Below, piece by piece: positions 22,479-31,363 of a stretch of DNA of 38,329 bases (positions within the stretch are counted from its first letter, which is position 1; each line of letters begins with the position of its first letter). The position numbers and the translations under genes are program-made. The notes beneath the pieces were generated by a model. It saw only the letters and a list, made by a program, of their open reading frames with translations. It did not search any database and was not told where the DNA came from. The stretch comes from Firmicutes bacterium CAG:449 (GTDB taxonomy: Bacteria; Bacillota_I; Bacilli_A; RFN20; CAG-449), in the NCBI GenBank assembly GCA_000432895.1, contig FR889406.1, forward strand, positions 51,091 to 89,419. Direction: 5' to 3'.

Positions 22479-23681
22479 ATGAAACGATGTCAAAAATGTA
22501 ATAAAGAATTTGAAGAAGAATATTTATTTTGCCCATATTGTGGAACAAAATATTGTAAAAAAATAAAATGTCCAAATTGTCAAAAAGAAATTGACCAAAA
22601 TTCTTCTTTCTGTGGCTTTTGTGGAGCAAAAATAACTAAAGAAAAAGTTGTTAAAAACGATAATATAAGTTCAATCTTTGATTTAATTAAAAAAATATCC
22701 TTATTAGTTTTAGTTTGTTTTGCAATGATTTTCTTTTTTCTTCCAATCATTAATAATAATTCCTTTTATTTACAAACTAAAAACATTTCCTTATTAAGTT
22801 TTTTAAATTCATCATTTTTTAATCAATTATCTTATCTTTTTGATTTATTAAAAAATGAAAAACAAAACATTGTAAATTCATCAATACCTATTTTAATAAT
22901 CTATCTAACAAGTGCAATAGTTTGTTATATTGGAGCAATTATCGCTATTACATTTGGAATTATTTCTATTATAAAAATAACTAACTCATTAATTAACAAA
23001 TCAAAAATTAACACTACAATACCAGCTATTGCTATAGGAAGTTATTTTATCAGTAGCATTTGTTTATTCTTTGTTGCAGGTGGAAAAAATACATCCTTAA
23101 ATATTTCTATTGGAAATTTTTCTTTAGTTTTTATAATCTTTTTAATTGTAACTTTATTAATAAGTGTAGCAATTATTATTTTAGATTTAATAAATAATAA
23201 GCCTGTCTTTAATTCAAAAAAAATTGCTTCTTTAGTCATAAAAACAATTAATCTAGTATTAACTTTAATTATTCCATTTATCCTTATTGGAGGGATTTAT
23301 TATTTATCTGATTCATCAATAGAATATTATGTATCTGAGCCAATCTTAATGATAAGTCTTTTTGAACTATTGAACCAAGGAATATCGTCTCCAACTACTT
23401 TATATGTAATTCTTTATTACTTTATAATGGTAATTATTGTCCTTATTTTATGTAACTTTACTGCAAGTTTAAGAAATTTCAATAAAAAATTTTCTATATT
23501 TAATTTTATATTATCTATTATCCAATTTATCTCTATTTTAGTTTTATTTATCATTATGATATCAAATCAAATAGATAATGTTTCTTTAAGTTCTAATTTC
23601 TATTTTATAATTATTCTTAATATTATTAATCTTGGATTAAATATTTCTACTTTTACATTAAGTAAAATTTCTACAAAATAA
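22479..23681 (+). CDS. Double zinc-ribbon domain protein fused to a polytopic membrane domain
   Basis: The N-terminus carries four CxxC pairs (CQKCNK...CPYCG...CPNCQ...CGFCG). About 9 hydrophobic helices follow. SD AGGGGAG precedes the start. Confidence 0.75.
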   Translation: MKRCQKCNKEFEEEYLFCPYCGTKYCKKIKCPNCQKEIDQNSSFCGFCGAKITKEKVVKNDNISSIFDLIKKISLLVLVCFAMIFFFLPIINNNSFYLQTKNISLLSFLNSSFFNQLSYLFDLLKNEKQNIVNSSIPILIIYLTSAIVCYIGAIIAITFGIISIIKITNSLINKSKINTTIPAIAIGSYFISSICLFFVAGGKNTSLNISIGNFSLVFIIFLIVTLLISVAIIILDLINNKPVFNSKKIASLVIKTINLVLTLIIPFILIGGIYYLSDSSIEYYVSEPILMISLFELLNQGISSPTTLYVILYYFIMVIIVLILCNFTASLRNFNKKFSIFNFILSIIQFISILVLFIIMISNQIDNVSLSSNFYFIIILNIINLGLNISTFTLSKISTK

Positions 23682-23698
23682 TATTTATTAAAAATTAT

Positions 23699-23731
23699 AT
23701 TCTCCTTATAATAATTGTAAGGAGAATTTTT
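23699..23731 (+). terminator. Hairpin plus T-run between the zinc-ribbon gene and the DUF3810-like gene; the 3' arm contains the downstream SD
   Basis: A perfect 10-bp inverted repeat ATTCTCCTTA (23699..23708) / TAAGGAGAAT (23718..23727) has a 9-nt loop. It is followed by TTTT, then C, then ATG 23733. Confidence 0.55.
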
Positions 23732-23732
23732 C

Positions 23733-24899
23733 ATGAAAAATAAGAAAAAATATGTTTATAAATTAGTTTTATTATTTGATGTATTAGTTATATTTACTAT
23801 TTTATGTCTTATTAAAAATAACCCACATACTGCCGAAAGTTATACAAATAATGTCGCAAATAAATATATTACTTTTGCCTCTAAAATATTTTCAAACATT
23901 CCTTTTTCTATTTATGAATTCACATTAATATTCTTAATTGGAATGGTAATTTTCTACATTGTTAGTATTATTGTTAAATTATGTAAAAAGAAATACAATG
24001 CTTCTTTGCAACGTTTTATCAGTTCTTTATTATTTGTTTTTATTTGTGTTGATATTTATGTAGGTGTAGCCTCGATTTCTTATGGAAGAAATCAAGTTAG
24101 TATTCCTCAATACGAGCAAGAAATAAATAATGAATTGATTGATCAAGCCTTTGAATATTTTTTAGAAGATTACAATAATATTTCCACTCATTTTTCTCGT
24201 GATGAAAATGGACTTGTTATTTCTCCTTATACATTTGAAGAAATAAACAATATCTTAATAGAAGAATATAAAAAATTAGATGAAAATTACTTCCCATCAT
24301 TTACCCCAAAAGCCAAAAAATTATTGTTTAGTGATATTTTTTCTGAATTACATTTTACTGGTATTTTCTGGGCACCTACTGGTGAAGCTAACATCAACAA
24401 CAATCTTCATGCTGCCGAATTACCACATACTATGGCACACGAAATCGCTCATTCAAAAGGTGTGTTTAGAGAAAATGATGCTAATCTTGTTGCAATGTAT
24501 GTTACTTTAAATAGTGAAAATGAATTCTTAAGATATTCAGCGTACTATCATAATTTTTCTTCTTTATTAAGAATTTATCAACAAACAAATTATGATAAAT
24601 ATGTTGAAAGTTATTTCCGTTTAAATGAAGATATTAGAAAAGAATATGGTGTTATTAATAACTATTGGAAAGAACATGATTTGCTTTCTAAAATTGGTCA
24701 ATTATATAATGATATCTTTTTAAAACTGAATGGTAATAAAAATGGTGTTAATGATTATAATGATAATACTACATCTGAAGATTCCGGAAAAGTTGATGAA
24801 AACAATAATCCAATTTATGTTATCAAAGAATATTCTCCATACGCTAAATTATTCTTTTATCTTTACCAAGAAGCTAACTATGATACTACTATTCTTTGA
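23733..24899 (+). CDS. DUF3810-like membrane-anchored HExxH zinc-metalloprotease-like protein
   Basis: It has N-terminal TM helices and the motif PHTMAHEIAHSKGVFRENDANLVA (HExxH plus downstream E/N). Size and layout fit the DUF3810 family as I recall it. Confidence 0.6.
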   Translation: MKNKKKYVYKLVLLFDVLVIFTILCLIKNNPHTAESYTNNVANKYITFASKIFSNIPFSIYEFTLIFLIGMVIFYIVSIIVKLCKKKYNASLQRFISSLLFVFICVDIYVGVASISYGRNQVSIPQYEQEINNELIDQAFEYFLEDYNNISTHFSRDENGLVISPYTFEEINNILIEEYKKLDENYFPSFTPKAKKLLFSDIFSELHFTGIFWAPTGEANINNNLHAAELPHTMAHEIAHSKGVFRENDANLVAMYVTLNSENEFLRYSAYYHNFSSLLRIYQQTNYDKYVESYFRLNEDIRKEYGVINNYWKEHDLLSKIGQLYNDIFLKLNGNKNGVNDYNDNTTSEDSGKVDENNNPIYVIKEYSPYAKLFFYLYQEANYDTTIL

Positions 24900-26317
24900 T
24901 TCTTACTTTTAGGTTTATCAGGAATTGTATATTTTAAAACACCTTTTTCAATTAATGGTTTGATATACGTATTAAAAAAATATGATGGATGTTTTTCATC
25001 AAATCCAAATTCCTTAGCAAGAAATTCTTTAGTTCTCGGTTTTCTACATTTTTCTATAATTTGATTTGTTAAATCTTCATTTAAAGAATCAGTTATCTTT
25101 GTATTATATAATGTAACTTTAAACACTCCTCGATTATCTTCAAATTTTGGTGGAAGAAGATTTGCATTTTTCATTTCATCAATAATTGTAGGGATTCCAG
25201 AATATCTATTCTCGGTTATTTCTAAAGTTTCCAATATCGACGCAATATATGGATTTCTTACATCATATCTAACTTTTCCTAATTCATCAATGGTCAATCT
25301 TCCATATAATCCACCTGGATTACTAACTTCTATTCTATCATCATATATTTCTATTCTTATAGGATCGTTTTCAGTATATACACTATAATCTCTATGTATC
25401 AAAGCGTTAAGAATAATTTCTCTTATAGCTTTTAAAGGATATTCAGTTTTATCTTCTCTTTTTCCTGTAAGAGGATTAACATATGTTGATTTTTTTGTAT
25501 TATTTTGGATAAAAGCTAAAGATTGAATTAACATATTAGAAAGAGTTCCGTCAATTCTTTTATTATCAATAAATCTTATACCATCGTTATTTTCTTCGCC
25601 ATAATTATTAGTTGCACATCTAACAGCTATAATATCTAAATTGGGAGAAAATATTTGAGGTAAAGTACCAAAATTCATTAACCCACATAAAGTTGGAAAA
25701 TTTGATTTATCAATTATACCTTCCAATTGTAAAATTTGTTTTTTTTCAATATTAATAAGATTAGGCTTTTTACTTATTAATAGTGAAATATATCCATCAA
25801 TTGAATTATTATTTAAAAAAGAAATATCAACTCTTTCTTTGATTCGAAGTTCATCTTCAATTTTATATTTAAAAGCTTCAAAACTATGAATTTCATAATC
25901 AGTCATTGGCAAGTCCTCATCACCAATACGAATATATGATCCCTTACTTTTACCTTTACCTTTATAATAGCATGGTTTTAAAAATGGTTCTATTTCCGGT
26001 ATTTCCGCTGAACAAACTATTTTATTATCATATTGTGCTATTGTAAATAAAGGTCTTACTACTGGTTCCATAGATAAACTTTGTTCAGCAATTTTTTTTT
26101 GCAATTCTTGAGGATTATCAACACCCACAACTTTATAACCATTTTTCTCATCGATACCAAAAACAATTATTCCACCTTTAGTATTAGAAAAACTAGATAA
26201 AGTATCATATAGACTTTCTGGACAACCACATTTTGCTGATTTTAATTCTATATCTACACTTTCGCATTTTAAGATAATAATTTTATTAATTAATTCAATC
26301 AATTCATTCTCAGTCAT
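24878..26317 (-). CDS. AlbA_2 (Schlafen-like divergent AAA) plus HATPase_c_4 plus C-terminal wHTH protein (COG2865-type putative regulator)
   Basis: ESVDIELKSAKCG...TKGGIIVFGIDEK matches the AlbA_2 pattern. REIILNALIHRDYS...IEVSNPGGL matches the HATPase_c_4 pattern. The C-terminal RKPRTKEFLAKEFG...IKPLIEKGVLKY looks like a winged helix. SD GTGGAGAA at 26333..26326. Confidence 0.8.
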   Translation of the reverse strand: MTENELIELINKIIILKCESVDIELKSAKCGCPESLYDTLSSFSNTKGGIIVFGIDEKNGYKVVGVDNPQELQKKIAEQSLSMEPVVRPLFTIAQYDNKIVCSAEIPEIEPFLKPCYYKGKGKSKGSYIRIGDEDLPMTDYEIHSFEAFKYKIEDELRIKERVDISFLNNNSIDGYISLLISKKPNLINIEKKQILQLEGIIDKSNFPTLCGLMNFGTLPQIFSPNLDIIAVRCATNNYGEENNDGIRFIDNKRIDGTLSNMLIQSLAFIQNNTKKSTYVNPLTGKREDKTEYPLKAIREIILNALIHRDYSVYTENDPIRIEIYDDRIEVSNPGGLYGRLTIDELGKVRYDVRNPYIASILETLEITENRYSGIPTIIDEMKNANLLPPKFEDNRGVFKVTLYNTKITDSLNEDLTNQIIEKCRKPRTKEFLAKEFGFDEKHPSYFFNTYIKPLIEKGVLKYTIPDKPKSKNQRIVVS

Positions 26318-26337
26318 TATTTTTATTCTCCACTATT

Positions 26338-26366
26338 ATTATATATTTATAACAAAAATTTGTCAA
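26338..26366 (-). promoter_or_regulatory. Consensus sigma-A promoter of the AlbA_2 gene: -35 TTGACA (26366..26361), 17-nt spacer, -10 TATAAT (26343..26338)
   Basis: Both hexamers are perfect and the spacing is optimal, read on the minus strand 21 nt upstream of ATG 26317. Confidence 0.7.
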
Positions 26367-26367
26367 A

Positions 26368-26447
26368 TTACGAAAATATTTTTTATTTTACGAAAATTTT
26401 TCATATTTTACGAAAATATTTAAACTTTTACGAAAATATTTTATTTT
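26368..26447. repeat. Four direct repeats with an exact 20-bp period and core TTACGAAAAT(A/T)TTT (starting at 26368, 26388, 26408, 26428)
   Basis: Read directly: ttacgaaaatattttttatt / ttacgaaaatttttcatatt / ttacgaaaatatttaaactt / ttacgaaaatattttatttt. Confidence 0.9.
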
Positions 26448-26554
26448 TTATTTTAGAAAACTAAATAATTAATTTGATGAAAATTAGAAATTCTATTTCA
26501 TTAATCATAAATAAAAGTTATACTTTTGTTTGTACTCATTGAGAGGAAAAATTT

Positions 26555-27109
26555 ATGAGAAAGACTATTTTAACTATTGAAGAAATCAAAAAAATCAATC
26601 AAGACTTAGGAAAAAAATTCACCGAATTATTTAAAGATGAAGAACTTTCTCCAGTTTTCATTGGAGTTATGAAAGGCGCACTTCCATTTATGATGGATTT
26701 GATTAGAGAAATTGATTGCCCTATTCTTACTGATTATGTACAAATTTCTTCATATATGGGAACTGAATCAACTGGTGTTATTAAATTAAAAAAAGATGTC
26801 AGTATTAATTTAGAAAATAGACAAGTTGTTATTGTTGAAGATATTATTGATTCAGGAAACACTTTAAAATGGCTTAAAGAATATTTACAAAAAAATTATT
26901 GCCCAAAAAAAGTTATCACTTGTACTTTACTAGATAAAAAATGTCAAAGAAAAGTTGATTTTGATTCTGATTATGTTGGAAAAGTTATAGGAAATGAATT
27001 TATCGTGGGATATGGTCTAGATTATGATGAATATTTCCGTAATGAAAAATATGTCTTTGTGCCAAGCAAAGAAGAAATTGAAGCAATAGATAAAAAAAAT
27101 AATTTCTAG
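26555..27109 (+). CDS. hpt: Hypoxanthine(-guanine) phosphoribosyltransferase
   Basis: It has the PRPP loop VVIVEDIIDSGNTL plus FIVGYGLDYDEYFRN. SD GAGAGGAAA precedes the start. Confidence 0.92.
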   Translation: MRKTILTIEEIKKINQDLGKKFTELFKDEELSPVFIGVMKGALPFMMDLIREIDCPILTDYVQISSYMGTESTGVIKLKKDVSINLENRQVVIVEDIIDSGNTLKWLKEYLQKNYCPKKVITCTLLDKKCQRKVDFDSDYVGKVIGNEFIVGYGLDYDEYFRNEKYVFVPSKEEIEAIDKKNNF

Positions 27110-27864
27110 GATAAACTAGAAATTATTTTATTTATGAGATCTAATTCATAAAGTGCTTTAGCAATCGACCAACTATTTTCATCATTAAGTTTCATATTAT
27201 TAGTCATAAATTCATTAATACTAGGAATTACATTCATTAAATATGAAAGAACAAAATTAATGCAAACACAAATAGCAATTGCTAGAACTATACCTAATAA
27301 TGCACCTAAAAATCTATTAATAAATCCAATTACTTTTAAATGATTTATCTTTCTAGTAATCCTTTTTAAAATAGCAAAAATAATAACTGAAACAAGCCAT
27401 AGAATAACAAAGCTAATACCAAGTAAAATATAATTAGTTAATCCTTTAGCTAAAGCTAAACCTAAACTAATTTCTTCTGCAGTAATAATATTATCTAATA
27501 AAATAGTCATAGCATTATTAAATATAGAAGGAATATTTAAAGCTTGTAAAGCTTGAGGAATTAATTCATTTTTATTTTCATTAGTTACAATTTGCGAAAA
27601 TATTTCATTATTCATGCTATTTATTCCATCATAAATTCCATTTTCAATGGAACTTCCTAAAGATGTTGGAGCAAGAAAAGACGCTAAATATTTGCAAAGG
27701 AAAACCCCAATAATAAAAGGTGCAACAAAAGATAATAAAGATATTAAAGTAGAAATAAATCCCTTTTTTATACATACTAAAAGAGTAATCACTAAAATAA
27801 TAATATATGCAATAGACACATAATCAAAAATAATAGTTTGTGAAGAGGTAGGAAAAAAATTCAT
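27106..27864 (-). CDS. CvpA-family-like membrane protein
   Basis: The N-terminal pattern DYVSIAYIIILVITLLVCIKKGFISTLISLLSFVAPFIIGVFLCKYLASFL resembles CvpA (colicin V production) family proteins. There are 4-5 TM helices. Its stop codon overlaps the hpt stop codon by 3 nt. Confidence 0.5.
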   Translation of the reverse strand: MNFFPTSSQTIIFDYVSIAYIIILVITLLVCIKKGFISTLISLLSFVAPFIIGVFLCKYLASFLAPTSLGSSIENGIYDGINSMNNEIFSQIVTNENKNELIPQALQALNIPSIFNNAMTILLDNIITAEEISLGLALAKGLTNYILLGISFVILWLVSVIIFAILKRITRKINHLKVIGFINRFLGALLGIVLAIAICVCINFVLSYLMNVIPSINEFMTNNMKLNDENSWSIAKALYELDLINKIISSLS

Positions 27865-27896
27865 ATCAAACTCCTTTTTTATATCTTACCACATAA

Positions 27897-28871
27897 TTAT
27901 TTAAATAATAAATTCTCTTCTATTATTTTCTTTATTATTTGAAAAGCATTGCCTGCTGCACCTTTCCTAATATTATTAGATGTACAATAAAACATCAAAG
28001 AATTATGATTACACTTTCTAATTCTGCCTACATAAACATCATTATTATTGATATTCTCAGTTAAAGGAATTTCTTGATAAACAATTCCTTTAGAATTTTT
28101 CATTAAAGCAATAATATTATCTATTTCAATATCTTCTTCAGTTTCTACATAAACACTTACACCATGTCCATAACAAATAGGAACTCTTACACAAGTTGAA
28201 TAAACTTCTAAAAAAGGTAAATGAAGAATTTTTCTAGTTTCTAAAATCATTTTATTTTCTTCTTCTGTGAAATTATTTTCTTTTATATCACCTATTTGAG
28301 GAATACAATTCTTACTAATATCATAAGGATAAAATTCTTTTGGGTATCCTTCTAAAGAGGATTGATAATCAAATATTCCTTTTGTTCCACTTCCAGAAAC
28401 TGCTTGATAAGTTGAATAAACTATTTTATTTAAATGATATAGTTTTTTAATAACATTTAGACACATTACACATTGAATAGTCGAGCAATTAGGATTAGCA
28501 ATTAATTTTCTTTTAGTTAAATCAATATCAGAAAAATTTATTTCTGGAACCACCAAAGGAATATCTTTTTCTTGACGAAAACAAGATGAATTATCAATTA
28601 CAATCCCCTTTTTTTCCGCGATTGAAGCATACTTACTAGATACATCTTTCCCTGCTGAAAAGAAAATAAAATCAGTATTATCAAAAGAAGATGAATCCAA
28701 CTCTTCTACTTCATAATACTGATTTAAAAATTTTATTTTTTTACCTTTTGATTTTTTAGAAGCAAACAATCTAATATTTCCTATATTTAAATTATTTTCC
28801 TCTAAAATTTTTAAAAACATTGTTCCAACTAATCCAGTTGCTCCTACTAAAGCAATATTTATTTTATTCAT
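27897..28871 (-). CDS. asd: Aspartate-semialdehyde dehydrogenase
   Basis: It has the NAD fold ALVGATGLVG, the active-site motif IANPNCSTIQ and SGSG. The length is 324 aa. Confidence 0.9.
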   Translation of the reverse strand: MNKINIALVGATGLVGTMFLKILEENNLNIGNIRLFASKKSKGKKIKFLNQYYEVEELDSSSFDNTDFIFFSAGKDVSSKYASIAEKKGIVIDNSSCFRQEKDIPLVVPEINFSDIDLTKRKLIANPNCSTIQCVMCLNVIKKLYHLNKIVYSTYQAVSGSGTKGIFDYQSSLEGYPKEFYPYDISKNCIPQIGDIKENNFTEEENKMILETRKILHLPFLEVYSTCVRVPICYGHGVSVYVETEEDIEIDNIIALMKNSKGIVYQEIPLTENINNNDVYVGRIRKCNHNSLMFYCTSNNIRKGAAGNAFQIIKKIIEENLLFK

Positions 28872-28918
28872 AATATACCTCTAGATAAATTTATGAATCA
28901 AAACAAATATTTAAACCT

Positions 28919-31363
28919 TTATTTACAAGAATAACCTTCTTCAGAAACTGCTTTAATTAAATTTTCTTTATTAACATTATCTAGACACTTTATAACCGCT
29001 TTTTTATCTTTTAAAGATACTTCTACCTTTTCAACCCCATTAACGCCTTCTAAAGCCTCTTTGACGTGCTTAACGCAGTGTTCACACATCATTCCTTCTA
29101 CATTTAAAGTAATTTTTTTCATTTTCTTTTTACTCCTTTCAACTTTAAATAAATTAATAGTTAATGAATTACAAACGACAAATACACTAGAAATAGACAT
29201 CATCAATGAACTAATCATTGGATTTAATTTTAAATTAAAGGCTGGATATAATAATCCCGAAGCTAAAATAATACCAATACAATTATAGAAAAAAGCCCAA
29301 AATAAATTTAACTTTATAGTAAAGAAAACTCTTTTAGATAATAAAATAACATTTTTTACATCAAGTAAATCATTTCTTAATAAAACAATATCACTTGCTT
29401 CCTTTGCTATATCACTACCACCACCTAAAGAAATACCTAAATCACTACTTGCTAAAGCAATTGAATCATTTACTCCATCACCAACCATACTCACTAAATG
29501 CTTTTTATCTTTTTTCAATTGTTGAATGACTTTTTGTTTATCTTCAGGAAAAACTTCACTATAGACTTTATCAATCCCTACTTGTTTAGCTACATTATTT
29601 GCTACTTCTTTATTATCACCAGTAAGCATGACTACTTCTATGCCCATCTTTTTAAGTTCCGCAATAGCTTCAATTGAACTTGGTTTCAATAAATCTGTTA
29701 CAGCAATAATTCCTAAAACTTTTTTAGAAGAAGCAAAAATCATTGCCGTTTTATTTTCATATGATAACTTATCAACAATATTTTCTAATTTATCATTAAC
29801 TAAATCAAGATCTCTAATTAATCTTAAATTACCACCATAATATGTTTCTTTATTAATATTACCTTTTAAGCCTTTTCCTTCTAAAGAGACAAACTTATCA
29901 ACATTAAGTAATTTAACATCCTTATTTAAATAATAATTATTAATAGCTTCCGCTAGAGGATGTTCAGAATAATATTCTAATGAATGAGCAATTTCATCAA
30001 ATTTATCATCAAATTTAATAACATCAGTTACTTGAGGTTTTCCCATTGTTAAAGTACCAGTCTTATCTAAAACGACAGTTTTAATATATTGAGCTTTTTC
30101 TAAAACTTCCGCATTAGAAATAAGTAAAGAACATTCCGCTCCTTTTCCAGTGCCAACCATAATGGCTACAGGAGTAGCTAAACCAAGAGCGCATGGACAC
30201 GCTACTACTAAAGTTGAACAAGCAAAGTTAAAAGCTTCTTCAAAAGGATAATTCAAAATAAACTTAAAAACGACAAAACTTAATAAGCTAATCAACATTA
30301 CAATTGGTACAAAATAACTTGATACTTTATCAACTAATTTTGAAATAGGAGCTTTTGAAGAAGATGCTTCATCTACTAAACGAATAATATTACTAATTGA
30401 AGTATCTTCACCAACTTTATTTGCTTTAATTTTAATAAAACCAGATGTAACAATAGTTGAAGCATAAACTTGATCATTTATTTGTTTACTAACTGGTAAA
30501 CTTTCTCCTGTGATATTGGCTTGATTAATTGAAGCATTACCCACAACAATTTTACCATCAATAGGGATACTATCACCTTTTCGACATACAACAATATCAT
30601 TCACTTTAACTTCTTCTAAAGGAACTTCTTTTTCTAAATTATCTTTTTCTATAACGGCAGTTTTTGGGGCTAAATCCATTAATTTAGTTAATGCTAAAGT
30701 AGTTTTTTTCTTTGATTTTTTTTCAAAATATTTTCCTAAACTTACTAAAGTAAAAATCATTCCTGCTGATTCAAAATATAAATTATTATGATATTTTGCT
30801 AAGCTCTCCATATCGTGATTATTCATAGCATTTACAATATAAAATATCGTAACTAATCCATAAATTAAAGATGACATCGCTGATAAAGCGATTAAACTAT
30901 TCATATTAGGTGATAATTTAAATAACATTTTAAAACCATTAACTATATAGTTATAATATATAACCATAATAGGAATAGTTAAAAATAATTGAGTTAAAGC
31001 AATATTCAAACTATTTTCATGTCCAGATAAAAATGATGGCATTGGTAAATTTATCATATGTCCCATAGAAACATACATTAACAAAATTAAAAAAACAAAG
31101 GAAACAATTAATTTAATTAAATCATAATCTTTTTCTTTCTTACTCTCTTTTTTTTCTTTAATAGAAGCTTTATAGCCAGCTTTTTTTACAGAAGCAATAA
31201 TTTTTTCAATAGAACAATTATTTTCATCAAAATCAACTTCCATACGATTAGAAAGTAAATTAACATTAACACTATTAATACCATTTAAGTCTTTAACAGC
31301 TTTTTCAACATGACTAACACAACTTGCACATGTCATTCCTTTTACATCAAATACCTTTTTCAT
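28919..31363 (-). CDS. copA: Copper-translocating P1B-type ATPase with an N-terminal HMA domain and an extra C-terminal HMA (CopZ-like) domain
   Basis: The N-terminal HMA motif is GMTCASC. Core motifs are TGES, the CPC motif (ACPCALGLATP), DKTGTLT and GDGVNDS. The last 67 aa (MKKITLNVEGMMCEHCVKHV...) form a second HMA domain. Confidence 0.92.
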   Translation of the reverse strand: MKKVFDVKGMTCASCVSHVEKAVKDLNGINSVNVNLLSNRMEVDFDENNCSIEKIIASVKKAGYKASIKEKKESKKEKDYDLIKLIVSFVFLILLMYVSMGHMINLPMPSFLSGHENSLNIALTQLFLTIPIMVIYYNYIVNGFKMLFKLSPNMNSLIALSAMSSLIYGLVTIFYIVNAMNNHDMESLAKYHNNLYFESAGMIFTLVSLGKYFEKKSKKKTTLALTKLMDLAPKTAVIEKDNLEKEVPLEEVKVNDIVVCRKGDSIPIDGKIVVGNASINQANITGESLPVSKQINDQVYASTIVTSGFIKIKANKVGEDTSISNIIRLVDEASSSKAPISKLVDKVSSYFVPIVMLISLLSFVVFKFILNYPFEEAFNFACSTLVVACPCALGLATPVAIMVGTGKGAECSLLISNAEVLEKAQYIKTVVLDKTGTLTMGKPQVTDVIKFDDKFDEIAHSLEYYSEHPLAEAINNYYLNKDVKLLNVDKFVSLEGKGLKGNINKETYYGGNLRLIRDLDLVNDKLENIVDKLSYENKTAMIFASSKKVLGIIAVTDLLKPSSIEAIAELKKMGIEVVMLTGDNKEVANNVAKQVGIDKVYSEVFPEDKQKVIQQLKKDKKHLVSMVGDGVNDSIALASSDLGISLGGGSDIAKEASDIVLLRNDLLDVKNVILLSKRVFFTIKLNLFWAFFYNCIGIILASGLLYPAFNLKLNPMISSLMMSISSVFVVCNSLTINLFKVERSKKKMKKITLNVEGMMCEHCVKHVKEALEGVNGVEKVEVSLKDKKAVIKCLDNVNKENLIKAVSEEGYSCK

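Noticed and set aside
26368-26447. The repeat array considered as a CRISPR array or a replication origin iteron set.
   Set aside because: A 20-bp unit with a 10-13-bp conserved core is far too short for CRISPR repeat-spacer units, and no cas genes are present. No rep, dnaA or partition genes or DnaA boxes are adjacent. Promoter-proximal regulator binding sites are the simpler reading, and this is reported as a finding.
1563-29840. Short ORFs of 60-86 aa from the track that lie antisense or out of frame inside larger genes: 1563..1751, 3599..3811, 5740..6000, 6196..6450, 8015..8200, 9068..9283, 9615..9803, 11682..11894, 13340..13531, 17270..17464, 19014..19214, 23042..23239, 24280..24510, 24730..24912, 29061..29288 and 29628..29840.
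   Set aside because: Each is fully embedded in a longer ORF that has clear family motifs. Their products are low-complexity Leu/Ile/Phe/Ser/Lys strings typical of off-frame translation of AT-rich coding DNA. None has a recognisable SD or motif.
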